64,000 bases of DNA from an uncultured bacterium (GCA_937900255.1 CALCDZ010000004.1:198391-262390), one strand, 5' to 3'. Shown: positions 45,165 through 55,022, counted from the stretch's first letter. A program made the numbers and translations. Notes: generated by a model not told the origin, from the letters alone.

Positions 45165-45872
45165 ATGGATATCCGCCTGGAAGCCTCGTGGAAAGCGCAG
45201 CTCAAGGAAGCGTTCGCCGCGCCTTCATTCAAGCGCCTGGCGGAATTCGTGCGCGAAGCGTACGGCAGCCGGTCCGTCTATCCGCCGCCGAAGCGCATCT
45301 TCGCCGCGCTCGATGCCGTGCCCTTCGAGAAGGTCCGCGTCGTCATCCTGGGACAGGATCCGTACCATGGTCCCGGTCAGGCGCACGGCCTGTGTTTTTC
45401 GGTCCCGGAGGGCGTTCCGAAGCCGCCGTCGCTCCAGAACATCTTCAAGGAGATCCATCAGGATCTCGGGTTGCCGATTCCCGCGAGCGGAAACCTCCAG
45501 CACTGGGCCGATCAGGGCGTGCTGCTGCTCAACGCGACCTTGACGGTCGAAGCCGGGCAGGCAGGTTCGCATCAGGGACGGGGCTGGGAGGAATTCACCG
45601 ATGCCGTCATCAAGAGGCTTTCGGATGACCGTGTCGGCCTGGTCTTCCTGCTCTGGGGCGCCTACGCCCAGAAGAAGGGGGCGCACATCGACCGCGCCAA
45701 GCATCTGGTGCTGACCGCGCCGCATCCGTCGCCCCTCTCGGTCCATAACGGTTTTTTCGGCTGCCGCCATTTCAGCAGGACGAACGGATATCTTGCTGCG
45801 AAAGGGGAACGGCCGGTCGAATGGGTGAAGGACGCGCCGGGCGAGGTGGACGTGCGGGCCGTCAACTGGTAA
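45165..45872 (+). CDS. ung: Uracil-DNA glycosylase (family 1)
   Basis: VVILGQDPYHGPGQAHGLCFSV (water-activating loop), GVLLLNATLTV, HPSPLS. Confidence 0.9.
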   Translation: MDIRLEASWKAQLKEAFAAPSFKRLAEFVREAYGSRSVYPPPKRIFAALDAVPFEKVRVVILGQDPYHGPGQAHGLCFSVPEGVPKPPSLQNIFKEIHQDLGLPIPASGNLQHWADQGVLLLNATLTVEAGQAGSHQGRGWEEFTDAVIKRLSDDRVGLVFLLWGAYAQKKGAHIDRAKHLVLTAPHPSPLSVHNGFFGCRHFSRTNGYLAAKGERPVEWVKDAPGEVDVRAVNW

Positions 45873-45881
45873 AACGGAGGC

Positions 45882-46394
45882 ATGGAACTCCCATTCACCA
45901 AAAACGAGCTGGAACGCCTGTTGGAACTCGCGACGCTCGGCGAAGAGATGCTGAACGGCCACCGTCCGGAGGGCGAGGCTTCGGCTCCGCACGGCGCAGC
46001 GCTGCAAAAGCTCTACGCGCTGGCCGATGACGAAGGACTCGGGTATCTGGTCGCGGTCGATGAGAAAGCCGACATCCTCGCGCCTTCCGAAGCGCTCCTT
46101 TCGAGGATCGACGACGAGGTCCGCGACTATGACGAATGCGTCTTTTGGGACGAGCTTTCGATCCGTCTGGCCGAACGCGACGTGCGCGAGGAATTAGGTG
46201 CGGCCGTCTTCGATGCGTTGCCGCCCGACGAGCGGCGCGGCAAGGTGGACGCCGCCGTACGCGCCTACGATCTGGAGTTCGACCGCCAAGGGCTCAAGGA
46301 CCTCCGGCTCGGCCGCCAGAAGCGCCAGCGCCGCGCGCCGGACGCGCTGACCGAGCGCCTCAAGAAGCTTTTCGAGGATAACGGACACGCATGA
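45882..46394 (+). CDS. Hypothetical protein
   Basis: 170-aa acidic ORF. No recognisable motif. Confidence 0.4.
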   Translation: MELPFTKNELERLLELATLGEEMLNGHRPEGEASAPHGAALQKLYALADDEGLGYLVAVDEKADILAPSEALLSRIDDEVRDYDECVFWDELSIRLAERDVREELGAAVFDALPPDERRGKVDAAVRAYDLEFDRQGLKDLRLGRQKRQRRAPDALTERLKKLFEDNGHA

Positions 46395-46978
46395 AACTCA
46401 TCGAATTCGTCGGCATGCCGCGGAGCGGCAAGACCACGCAGGCTGAACTTCTCAAGAGGGCGCTCGAGACGCACGGCAAGTCCGTGCTGATGCTGACCGA
46501 TCGCGAGCGCATGGCCAAGCTTTCGACGCCGCCGCAGGAATCGTTGGCGTTCGCATTGGCGTTCTATGGCCAGCTCTTGGATGCCTACTACCGGTATAAG
46601 GACCAGGCGGAAATCCTGATCGTCGACCGCGGCTGGAGCGACGTCGCCGTCTGGGCCGAGGTCTATCGTGGGATGAAGACCGTGAGCGACGCCGAGGCTG
46701 ACGCCTTGACCGCCTGTTTCGCCCGGTACGCTGGCCTCTCCACGGCGGTCGTCTGCATGTCGGTTCCCGTCGAAGTCTCCCTTTCCCGTCATGGCGGCAC
46801 TTTGCATGAGCAGGTCGACGAGGTGGCCATGAATCCGGAATGGCTCTCCGCGCTGGCGGCCGCGTACGGCAAAAGGGAGAAGGGTTTCACCAACCATCTT
46901 GAGATCGACGGCACCCGACCGCCGGAAGAGTCGCACGCGCGCATCCTCGCCTTTTTGGAGAAGACCGGGTCGGTTTGA
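46391..46978 (+). CDS. P-loop nucleotide/nucleoside kinase (thymidylate-kinase-like fold)
   Basis: IEFVGMPRSGKTTQAELL (P-loop), a DRxxxD lid-like region, 195 aa. Confidence 0.5.
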   Translation: MKLIEFVGMPRSGKTTQAELLKRALETHGKSVLMLTDRERMAKLSTPPQESLAFALAFYGQLLDAYYRYKDQAEILIVDRGWSDVAVWAEVYRGMKTVSDAEADALTACFARYAGLSTAVVCMSVPVEVSLSRHGGTLHEQVDEVAMNPEWLSALAAAYGKREKGFTNHLEIDGTRPPEESHARILAFLEKTGSV

Positions 46979-46989
46979 GGTCGAGAAAA

Positions 46990-47016
46990 AAACGACCGCC
47001 TTTTCAGGCGGTCTTG
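46990..47016. terminator. Hairpin between convergent genes
   Basis: AAAAAAACGACCGCC-ttttca-GGCGGTCTTGTCG. Confidence 0.45.
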
Positions 47017-47381
47017 TCGTAGAACCAGGGTTCGTTGCCGCCAGGGAACTCCGCGAAGACGCTTTCGGCAATGCGTGGCAGGTAGTGTGGGTCCGCGCAC
47101 GCGCGCCATCGATGGAGCAAGTCCTGCCATCCCGCGTCGGCATCCGACCGCGAACGGAACTCCCAACAGCGCGATCCGACGTCATTCCTGAACAGGTGGA
47201 TGACGATCGGATGGCGGCCGGGTGGCGGATCCTTGATTTCCAGGATTTCCTGATACCCCTGTACGTCATCCTCGCAGCCGGTGGACCCATAGCGGTGTTG
47301 GGTCAGCGTATAGGGCGTGTGACGCCCGTATGATCCGTGCCGGACGATCCTTTTGCCTGTCGTTTCTTCCGTGGCGTCCAA
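47004..47381 (-). CDS. Hypothetical protein
   Basis: 125-aa ORF. No recognisable motif. Confidence 0.35.
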   Translation of the reverse strand: MDATEETTGKRIVRHGSYGRHTPYTLTQHRYGSTGCEDDVQGYQEILEIKDPPPGRHPIVIHLFRNDVGSRCWEFRSRSDADAGWQDLLHRWRACADPHYLPRIAESVFAEFPGGNEPWFYDKTA

Positions 47382-47411
47382 AGTGCACCTCCGAAGGCTA
47401 ACCTACATCAG

Positions 47412-48194
47412 TCATTTCTTACGCGCAACCAGCGCCAGGAACATCGGGATTTCCGTGCGGGAGGCGTTTTCGGCGCGGGCCTTCGGACCGGAATCGCTGA
47501 CGCGATGGGAAGACCACTCTTCGAGATCGGCGAGGACGAAACCGCTCGCGGAGAGGGCTTTCACGTAGGCCTGCAAGGGACGGTGGAAGGAATGCGTGAC
47601 GACGTCGGGCGCGGAACCCGGGTGCGCCTGGATCGGCACGTCGTAGGCGCCGAGGTACTTGTCGACGCGCCGGTACTGCAGTTTCCGCCCCTCGTCCCAG
47701 CCCCAGCCGCTCTGGCGCGGCTGGCGGAAGCTCGGATGGTTCATGACGAGCACGAAGGCCGAACCGGGCTTCAGGACCCTGGCGGCGTCGCGGAAGACCG
47801 GTCCGATCTCGTCGATGTTCTGGATCGCGAGGATGCAGGAGGCGCCATCGAAGGCGGCAGGCGGATAGCGGTCGGCGAAGGCTTTGGCATCGGCGACGAG
47901 GTAGTCGGCGTTCTTGGGCGCCAGTCTCTTGGCGCGGGCGATGAGCGAAGGCGCCGCGTCGAAACCGGAGACGCGGATGCCTGGACGCCGGGCGATCTGG
48001 CGGCTGAAGGCGCCTTCTCCGCAGGCGATGTCCAGATACCGCTTGCCAGGAACGGGGGAGAGCAGGCGCTCGGCGCCCGGGAATACGACGGCTTCCTGAA
48101 AGGTGCCGTCCTTTTCGAGATGTCGGCCGTACCAGCCGGCGACGCCCTCCCAGCTCGTTTTCGGTCCGCGCGCGGCGGCGCTCTTCATGCGCAT
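47412..48194 (-). CDS. Class I SAM-dependent methyltransferase
   Basis: Starts MRMKSAAARG. Motif I is YLDIACGEGAFSRQI (the DxGxGxG type); post-I D/E is VSGFDAAPSL. 260 aa. The 1020-aa track ORF extending upstream is an artefact antisense to the TPR gene. Confidence 0.65.
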   Translation of the reverse strand: MRMKSAAARGPKTSWEGVAGWYGRHLEKDGTFQEAVVFPGAERLLSPVPGKRYLDIACGEGAFSRQIARRPGIRVSGFDAAPSLIARAKRLAPKNADYLVADAKAFADRYPPAAFDGASCILAIQNIDEIGPVFRDAARVLKPGSAFVLVMNHPSFRQPRQSGWGWDEGRKLQYRRVDKYLGAYDVPIQAHPGSAPDVVTHSFHRPLQAYVKALSASGFVLADLEEWSSHRVSDSGPKARAENASRTEIPMFLALVARKK

Positions 48195-48237
48195 ATGCAA
48201 CGAGCCTACCGCATCCTGGCGATGGCGTGAAGCGCGA

Positions 48238-48266
48238 TTGACAACCGGGCCGATTCCAGGTAGACC
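48238..48266 (+). promoter_or_regulatory. Sigma70-like promoter
   Basis: TTGACA (48238-43), 17-nt spacer, TAGACC (48261-66). The Shine-Dalgarno GGGAGGA precedes ATG 48285. Confidence 0.4.
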
Positions 48267-48284
48267 ACGTGTGGGAGGATACCC

Positions 48285-50462
48285 ATGAAATCGTTCCTTT
48301 TCTTCCTGTTCGCGTGTCTTTCCGTCGTCCATCGGGCGGAAGCGGCACCGGCCGCCAAGAAGACGATGCGCCTGTTCGTGGCCCCTTTCGAAAGCGAGAT
48401 GAGGGGTAAGGAACTCGATGCCTTGTCCCTGGGTCTGGCGAGCTTCCTGACCGAGCGGTTCGAGGAGGGCTTCGCCGGACAGGCCGGAAACGTTTCGGTC
48501 GCGAGCGGGCCGCTCATCCTGACGTCCCGCCAAGCCTCGCTCCGTGAAGGTCCCCGCGCCCCGCTCGATCCCGAGGCCGCGCGTGCGGTCGCCGTAGATG
48601 CGGGCGCGACGCATGTCATGACGGGGACGTACTCCGGCAACGTGAGCGCGTTCACGCTGACGGTCAGCCTGTACGAGCTCGATCCGGTCAAGGGGCTCAG
48701 ACCTCTGGCCGAGCTGTCGGCCGGCCCCGTCTCGGTCTATGCCAAGAAGCCTCCAAGGCCCGGCATCCAGATCGGTGACGTGCAGTCCATGGCGTCCACG
48801 CTCGCCGCCCAGGCCCTTGCCCGAGCCGGCATCGATCTGCGTCCGGCGGATATCGAACGGCTGAAAGTCCCGCAGACGCCTGACGCCGTCTCGTTCATCG
48901 AGTACGCGCGGGCGCTCGATCGGCACTTCCATCCGACGGACTTCTCCAAGCACCGCACGGCGCTCGAACTCGTCGAGCATGCGGTACGCATCTGGCCGGA
49001 CTTTCATGCGGCACGGCGGCTGTACGGCTACCTGCTCTGGCAGTCCGGCGAGCTCGGCAAGGCCCGGATCCACCTCGGAGAGATCCTGAACCCCACCCAG
49101 CCCGCCGAACCTTCGAAGCCGAGGCGGGTCGGGCTTCCTGACGATGTGCGCGCGCTCACGATGCTCGCGCGCATCGAGATCGAAAGCCGGCAGTATCGCA
49201 CGGCGATCGGCTACCTGGAACGGGCCGTGAGCCGCGCTCCGGAAGACGCCCAGATCCGCTTCCTGTTCGGCGAGGCCTTCGTGGCTGCCGGAGAAAGACT
49301 CAAGGCGCTGGCCCAGTATGAGTCGGGCCGGAAACTCGATCCGAACGACTTGGGGACGCGACGCGCCCTCTCGGGCCTGTATGCCGGTCTCAAGCGTTAT
49401 GACGAAGCGTCCGAAGAGCTCCAAGTCGTCATCGCTCGGGAGCCACATGACCTTCAAGCTCTTTTCCTGCTCGCCGCCTGCCATCGGGCCGGCAATCATC
49501 CGGAAAAAGCGCTGGCCGACTACGAGGCCGGTATGGAACGGTTTCCTGACGATGCACGGCTGCAGAAGTTCCGGGCGGACATGCTCACCGCGCTCGGACG
49601 CGCGAGCGAAGCGCAGGATGCCTTGGCATGGGCTCGTAAGCTCGCGCCGAAGGATGGACGTTTTTCCGGAAAGCCGGCGCTCTTCGGCACGGTACTGATC
49701 GCCACGCTCGCCGCGGACGCGGTCCTGCGGGACGGCATGGAGAGGTATCGGGCTGAAGCGCAGCTGGCGGCTTCGGTCGCCACCTGGGACTTGTCCTGGA
49801 ACGGCCAGGAAGCCTGCAAGGACGGACGCGCCGGTTCGTATCTCTTGCTCGCGCAGGCTTCGGCCGGCACGTATGACCGCGACGGCTCCTCCTTGGGGTC
49901 GGACGCGGAACGTATCGCGGCCGCGCTCAAGAATGGGGAGGGATTCGCCCTCACGCCGGACGAGCAGGAACGGGCCGATGGCTTGTTGGCGTATGCCGAT
50001 GCCTCGGTCAGGGACTTGCGCGAACTGGCGACGGCATACGAAGTCGCTCGCAGTTCGTTCGCGCGCCTCGGTTGCGGTTTCGACGGCATGCACGCCGCCA
50101 CGATCGAACAGGTACGCGAACGGAACCGGCATCTGCACGTCGAGATGCTGACTCCGCCGCCCCGCGCCGCTTCGGCCCTGATGCCGGTCATTCCCGGCGA
50201 CGTCGACAACGTGACCTTCGAGGTCCTGAACGGGACGGCATCCGAAATGGCGATCGTCTTCCCTCCGGACGGTAAGGCGCTCGAACCGCCCGTGCCTCCC
50301 GGGTCCCCTGGGAAGGGTCCCGGCAGGCGTTCCTATACGGTCAAGCGCGGTCATCACGGCTTCTGCGTCTTGCCGCGGGAGAAAGTCGCGGATTGCGGGA
50401 AGCCGGGGACGGTCCGGACCGACTATTTCCATGAGGGCTGGACCATCTCTGTGCGTCAGTAG
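48285..50462 (+). CDS. Secreted TPR-repeat protein
   Basis: Signal peptide MKSFLFFLFACLSVVHRAEA. Multiple TPR-like repeats in the central region (AIGYLERAVSRAPEDAQIRFLFGEAFVAAGERLKALAQYE...). Confidence 0.6.
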   Translation: MKSFLFFLFACLSVVHRAEAAPAAKKTMRLFVAPFESEMRGKELDALSLGLASFLTERFEEGFAGQAGNVSVASGPLILTSRQASLREGPRAPLDPEAARAVAVDAGATHVMTGTYSGNVSAFTLTVSLYELDPVKGLRPLAELSAGPVSVYAKKPPRPGIQIGDVQSMASTLAAQALARAGIDLRPADIERLKVPQTPDAVSFIEYARALDRHFHPTDFSKHRTALELVEHAVRIWPDFHAARRLYGYLLWQSGELGKARIHLGEILNPTQPAEPSKPRRVGLPDDVRALTMLARIEIESRQYRTAIGYLERAVSRAPEDAQIRFLFGEAFVAAGERLKALAQYESGRKLDPNDLGTRRALSGLYAGLKRYDEASEELQVVIAREPHDLQALFLLAACHRAGNHPEKALADYEAGMERFPDDARLQKFRADMLTALGRASEAQDALAWARKLAPKDGRFSGKPALFGTVLIATLAADAVLRDGMERYRAEAQLAASVATWDLSWNGQEACKDGRAGSYLLLAQASAGTYDRDGSSLGSDAERIAAALKNGEGFALTPDEQERADGLLAYADASVRDLRELATAYEVARSSFARLGCGFDGMHAATIEQVRERNRHLHVEMLTPPPRAASALMPVIPGDVDNVTFEVLNGTASEMAIVFPPDGKALEPPVPPGSPGKGPGRRSYTVKRGHHGFCVLPREKVADCGKPGTVRTDYFHEGWTISVRQ

Positions 50463-50465
50463 CGA

Positions 50466-50489
50466 CCCCTGCATCTGCAGGGGTTTTTC
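50466..50489 (+). terminator. Rho-independent terminator
   Basis: CCCCTGC-atct-GCAGGGG followed by TTTTTC. Confidence 0.7.
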
Positions 50490-50490
50490 A

Positions 50491-50519
50491 TTGACAAGAA
50501 GGGGGCGCGGGCGTATACC
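50491..50519 (+). promoter_or_regulatory. Sigma70-like promoter of the PBP gene
   Basis: TTGACA (50491-96), 17-nt spacer, TATACC (50514-19). Confidence 0.5.
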
Positions 50520-50587
50520 GATGGCATGTTTTTCGGGTCATCCGACCTTGAAAAATAGGTCTTTGACCATCAAAAAAGAGAGGCCCC

Positions 50588-53500
50588 ATGTTGAAACGGC
50601 TGCAACGGATCTTCTTGCGCATGTGGTTCGTGTCGCGCGTCATCGTGGCATACGTGCTGATCATGGCGCTGCCGATCGGAGCCCTGGCGGCCGCTCGGCA
50701 ATCGGATCTCGGATGGAGGGGTTCCATCGGTCTGGCGGTCGCGGTCTGGCCGTTCGTCATCCTTTCGTGGATGGCGATCCGTCTCCTCGGGAAAGCGCTG
50801 CGCTCTCTCTGGAGATACTGGCCGTTCCGGCTGGCGGCATGGTGCTGTTGGGGTTTCGCCGTTTACGAGCTGGCGGAATGGAATATCCGCACCTCGGAAG
50901 AGTACGCACTGTACGCCATCGCCGCCGAAGCGGTCGCCACCATGGCGCTCGGGTTCGCATCGTTCATCGATGCGCCCTCGGGAGCGGTGGAACGCTTCTT
51001 CATCCGGTTGCGGCTCCTGGTGCCGGAGAAGATGGATGTCGCCCTGCGCGTCTTGCACTGGGTGTCATGGCTTTCCTGCATCGCGCTCATCGACCGCTGG
51101 CTGTACCAGGCCGTCGACCGATGGCTCTGGAACAATTGGCTGACGATCCCGTGGGGACCGTTCCAGGCGTATCGCATCCCTCTCGCCAGCCTGCCGTCCG
51201 CGGCCTTCACGGTCGCGGCGATCCTGGCGCGTCCGCCCCAGTTCCGTCGGGGCCGTCCGCGCCGGGTCCTGCGCCTCAGGAAGGTGCCGATGGATCTCGG
51301 GGAATTCGGGTTCTGGATTTTCGGTCAGTGGGCGCTGTACGTGCTGGTGCGGGAACGTCTCTTCGTGCCGGAAACCCTTCCGGATGGCCGGAGGGTGGAG
51401 GCCGGCGAACGTTTCGCCTTCGGCCGCGCGTTCTGGACCGGAGCGGCGCTTGCGGTGCTGCTTTCGGTCTCGGTCGTTTCGGGCATGACGGAGCGTTTCG
51501 CCTCCGGATTGCCGGGAGACCTGTCCGCCGTCGAGAGATGGCAGCCGGTCGTCTCCACGAACGTCTACGACCGCACGGGTCAGCTGATGTGCGTCTTCAC
51601 GCTCGAAGACCGCAAATACGCGCCGCTCTCCGGGATCCCCAAGCATGTCCAGGCCGCTTTCACGGCGGCCGAGGACAAGGACTTCGATGGCCACTATGGC
51701 ATCGACGTGGCAGGTATCGTGCGCGCGGGAGTCATCAACGTCTCGAGCGGCCGTACGCGTCAAGGCGCCTCGACCATCACCCAGCAGGTCATCAAGCTGC
51801 TGGTCCTGAAGGATACGCGCAGGAGCTACACGCGGAAGCTCGCCGAGATCCTTCTGGCCGTAGAGCTCGAAAGGCGCATGACGCGCACGTACGGGCGGGA
51901 AGGGGCCAAGGACATGATCCGCGGCATCTACCTGAACTACGTCTACCTCGGCGGGAACGCCGCCGGCGTCGAAGCCGCCTCCCGGCGTTACTTCGACAAG
52001 GGCGTCAAGGATATCACGATCGCCGAAGCGGCGATGCTGGCCGGCCTTCCGAAGGCGCCGTCCCGGGATTCCCCCGAGACGCACTTCGATCGGGCCAAGG
52101 TGCGCCAGCGGTACGTGCTGGGCCGCATGTTCGAGCGCGGCGACATCAGCCGAGCCGAACGCGACGCCGCCTTGGCGGAAAAGATCGCCGTCGTCCATCG
52201 CATCTACCCGCTCAACGAGACCGCGGCGCCCTACGCCTGCGAACACGTCAGGAAGTGGGCGAAGGCGGCTTATGGCAACGACGCGATCTACAAGCATGGC
52301 TACGAGATCCGGACGACGTTCGATCTCGTCATGCAGCAGGAAGCTCAAAAAGCCGTCCGCTACGGACTGCTCGACCTCGAGCGCAGGATCGGATTCTCCG
52401 GTCCGGAGGGGCACGACGGGACTGCCGGCGAACGTTGCGACGCGCCTGCGGAAACGGTCATCGATGAGATGGTCGAAGCCAATGCGCGCGTCATCAGGCG
52501 CGCGGGCGAGAACGTCACGCTCTGCGTGCGCGGCAATGTCGTCCCGCTCGATCCCGAAGATGCCGCTCGCGTCATCAGGTGGGAGCGAGCCGACCATGGC
52601 CGCGCGCTCGCCGTCGGGGATCTGCTGACGGTCCGACTCGTGACCCGCATGGTCGCCAAAGGCGTCGCGAAGCGCTTCGCGCTGACCGCACGCCGCACCG
52701 GCGACCCGGATGCCGACGGCAAGGGCCGCGACGGGCGCCCCGTCAATCCGCTCCAGGCCGCTCTCGTGGCCATCGATCTGCCGAACGGAGAGGTGCGGGC
52801 GATCGTCGGAGGATACGATTGGCATGAGAGCCGGTTCGACTTCGCCACGCAGGCGCGGCGACAGGTCGGGTCGTCCGTCAAGCCGTATGTCTATGGGACA
52901 GGCTTGATGGCGCTGCCTGACTTGACCGTCCTCTCCCGCGTGCACGACGGTCCGATCTGCGTCTCGACGGCGACGGGGCAGTGGTGCCCGAAGAATTACA
53001 CCAACGGGCACATGCAGTCCTACTACGGCGATGTCGATCTGGGGACCGCCCTGGCGCTGTCGCTGAATTCCGTCTCCGTCCGCCTGGTCCTCAAGACCGG
53101 CATCGGTCCCGTCGTCGACACGATGAGGCGGCTCGGGATCCGGTCGAAGATCGTGCCGGTCTTTCCGTTGGCCGTCGGTACGCCCGAGCTCACGCTGCTC
53201 GAGCATGGCGCCGGCATCGCGTCGATCCTTTCCAATGGACGCGCGCTCACGAGCCAGACCGAGGACGGCGTACCGGGGCGTTTCATCGCGCGCGTGACGG
53301 AGCAGGTCGTCGGTCCCGACGGCAAGCTCGTTTCGCGCGTCGTGTATGCGCAACCGCCGCCGGACGAGGCGCAAGCCATGCCTTCAGGGGATGCCTACGC
53401 CGTGACCTACCTCATGAAGGGGGTCGTGGAGTCCGGTACGGGCGGGCTGGCCAAGACGCTGCTGCGGCCGTTCGCCGGCAAGACCGGGACGACCAACGAC

Positions 53501-53824
53501 TTCCGGGACGCCTGGTTCATGGGCGGTTCGGCGGACCTCGGCGTCTTCGTCCATGTCGGCCGCGATCGCCCGAACCGGATCGCGAACGAAGCGACCGGCG
53601 GCGCCATCGCGCTGCCGATCGCCGTCGCATTCATGCGGGCCGTCGCACCGGTCACGGAAGACGCGCCTGCAAGGGACTTCCCGATTCCCGATGACGTGAC
53701 GCTCGTCTATCGAGGCGAGCGCCGCGGGGGAGTGCCTGCGCTGATCCCGTTCCAACGGGGAAAGGTGCCGGCAAGCTACCTGCACGACCGCAAGCTCTCA
53801 TTCGGGAATGGACGCTTCGAATAG
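50588..53824 (+). CDS. Class A penicillin-binding protein (GT51 transglycosylase plus transpeptidase) with a long polytopic N-terminal extension
   Basis: GT51 motifs: EDKDFDGHYGID, RQGASTITQQ, RKLAEILLAVELE. Transpeptidase motifs: SSVKP (SxxK), SLN (SxN), KTGTT (KTG). The first 300 aa or so contain 5 to 6 hydrophobic helices before the canonical anchor helix. Confidence 0.8.
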   Translation: MLKRLQRIFLRMWFVSRVIVAYVLIMALPIGALAAARQSDLGWRGSIGLAVAVWPFVILSWMAIRLLGKALRSLWRYWPFRLAAWCCWGFAVYELAEWNIRTSEEYALYAIAAEAVATMALGFASFIDAPSGAVERFFIRLRLLVPEKMDVALRVLHWVSWLSCIALIDRWLYQAVDRWLWNNWLTIPWGPFQAYRIPLASLPSAAFTVAAILARPPQFRRGRPRRVLRLRKVPMDLGEFGFWIFGQWALYVLVRERLFVPETLPDGRRVEAGERFAFGRAFWTGAALAVLLSVSVVSGMTERFASGLPGDLSAVERWQPVVSTNVYDRTGQLMCVFTLEDRKYAPLSGIPKHVQAAFTAAEDKDFDGHYGIDVAGIVRAGVINVSSGRTRQGASTITQQVIKLLVLKDTRRSYTRKLAEILLAVELERRMTRTYGREGAKDMIRGIYLNYVYLGGNAAGVEAASRRYFDKGVKDITIAEAAMLAGLPKAPSRDSPETHFDRAKVRQRYVLGRMFERGDISRAERDAALAEKIAVVHRIYPLNETAAPYACEHVRKWAKAAYGNDAIYKHGYEIRTTFDLVMQQEAQKAVRYGLLDLERRIGFSGPEGHDGTAGERCDAPAETVIDEMVEANARVIRRAGENVTLCVRGNVVPLDPEDAARVIRWERADHGRALAVGDLLTVRLVTRMVAKGVAKRFALTARRTGDPDADGKGRDGRPVNPLQAALVAIDLPNGEVRAIVGGYDWHESRFDFATQARRQVGSSVKPYVYGTGLMALPDLTVLSRVHDGPICVSTATGQWCPKNYTNGHMQSYYGDVDLGTALALSLNSVSVRLVLKTGIGPVVDTMRRLGIRSKIVPVFPLAVGTPELTLLEHGAGIASILSNGRALTSQTEDGVPGRFIARVTEQVVGPDGKLVSRVVYAQPPPDEAQAMPSGDAYAVTYLMKGVVESGTGGLAKTLLRPFAGKTGTTNDFRDAWFMGGSADLGVFVHVGRDRPNRIANEATGGAIALPIAVAFMRAVAPVTEDAPARDFPIPDDVTLVYRGERRGGVPALIPFQRGKVPASYLHDRKLSFGNGRFE

Positions 53825-53856
53825 CCCTCCGACGCCTGTCGGGGGGCCTTTTCTTT
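53825..53856 (+). terminator. Rho-independent terminator
   Basis: CCCTCCGAC-gcct-GTCGGGGGG followed by CCTTTTCTTT. Confidence 0.6.
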
Positions 53857-53933
53857 ACCTTGACAAAAGCGTCTTTTCCTGGTAGCGTCGGATGTCCGGA
53901 AGTTCCTTATATCCACCAAAGAAAGGAGGACCC

Positions 53934-55004
53934 GTGCCCCGTTCACGCACCGATATATCCCTGGTACTCGCCGTCTTCGCGGTCGTGGCCGCTTGTACCG
54001 TGGCGGCCTCCCGCTACGGCCATCGCGCTCCGCCGTCGCACGTCTGTCCGCCTCCGGTGCGCAAGGCTCCGGTCGAATCCCGACGCGTGATCATCGTCAG
54101 CGTCGATGGCTTGTCAAGCGATCTCGCCCGCGCGATGCCGCATCTGATGCGGATGGCGGCCGACGGTGCCAGTACCCTCGCCGCATTGGTCCCGGCTGGT
54201 CACACGACCGCCATCTCGCACGCCGCGCTCTTCACCGGTGCTGATCCGTCGGTGAACGGCGTCGTCTGCGAACCGGATGAAGGCGTCTGCAAAGGGTTCC
54301 CGATGCCGCGACGTTCCGGGTTCCATAGCCCGACGTTCCGTTGGACGCCGCTCAAGGTCCACGAGACGCTGTTCACGGCCGTGGAAGGAGCGGGTTTCCG
54401 GGCGCTTGCCGCCGTCCAGAAGGGGAAGCTCGTCGGCCTGCTCCGCCCGAACGGCGATGAGACGGGCATCATCAGCGTCAACGATGCGGAAGAGGTCGTC
54501 CGGACCGGCTGCGACGCCGTGACGGACGGCCGCACGCGCCTCGAGGTGCTGCACTTCAAGATGATCGATGATGCCGGTCACCGTCGCGGCTGGCTCTCGA
54601 AGAGCCAGTACCGGCAAGCAGGCATCGTCGACGCGCAACTGCAGCGGATTCGCGATTGCATCGATGCCGCGAATCGCGTGCTCGGCGCCGTACAGACGGT
54701 GCTGATCGTGACCTCCGACCACGGCGGCACGCCTGGAGGCGGCCACTGCGGACGAGCGTTCGACAACGACGAGACGTGGCTCGTGCCATGGATCGCCGTC
54801 GGTCCCGGCATCAAGCGAGGATACGCCATCGCCCCGCGTTCCGGTCTCAAGCCGGCGAGGGGCGGGCGCGCTACGCCCGCGATGCTTCTCATCGACACCG
54901 CCCCCACTGTCCTTCGTCTGCTCGGCATCCCGGAAACGTCGATCAAGACGCTTTCGAAGGACGCCGTGCCGATCGAAGGCATCCTCAGTCCAGCGGCGCA
55001 GTGA
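53934..55004 (+). CDS. Alkaline-phosphatase-superfamily phosphodiesterase (nucleotide pyrophosphatase/phosphodiesterase-like)
   Basis: VIIVSVDGLSSD (metal-binding D), GHTTAISHAALFTG, and VTSDHGG near the C-terminus. N-terminal signal/anchor. Start placed at GTG 53934, 5 nt after the Shine-Dalgarno AAAGGAGGA; an in-frame ATG lies at 53892. Confidence 0.55.
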   Translation: MPRSRTDISLVLAVFAVVAACTVAASRYGHRAPPSHVCPPPVRKAPVESRRVIIVSVDGLSSDLARAMPHLMRMAADGASTLAALVPAGHTTAISHAALFTGADPSVNGVVCEPDEGVCKGFPMPRRSGFHSPTFRWTPLKVHETLFTAVEGAGFRALAAVQKGKLVGLLRPNGDETGIISVNDAEEVVRTGCDAVTDGRTRLEVLHFKMIDDAGHRRGWLSKSQYRQAGIVDAQLQRIRDCIDAANRVLGAVQTVLIVTSDHGGTPGGGHCGRAFDNDETWLVPWIAVGPGIKRGYAIAPRSGLKPARGGRATPAMLLIDTAPTVLRLLGIPETSIKTLSKDAVPIEGILSPAAQ

Positions 55005-55022
55005 CCCTGCCCCGCTTTTTTG
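54993..55022 (+). terminator. Imperfect hairpin plus T-tract
   Basis: GCGGCGC-agtgaccct-GCCCCGC followed by TTTTTTG. It is followed by a TATACT -10 box at 55024-29. Confidence 0.35.

Noticed and set aside
47412-50474. 1020-aa minus-strand ORF
   Set aside because: Only the last 260 codons (47412-48194) form a coherent methyltransferase. The rest is antisense to the 725-aa TPR protein gene, which has a signal peptide and a promoter. There is also the intergenic promoter region at 48195-48284.
51065-53374. 769-aa minus-strand ORF
   Set aside because: It is antisense to the PBP gene, which has GT51 and SxxK/SxN/KTG motifs. Composition is the usual antisense artefact.
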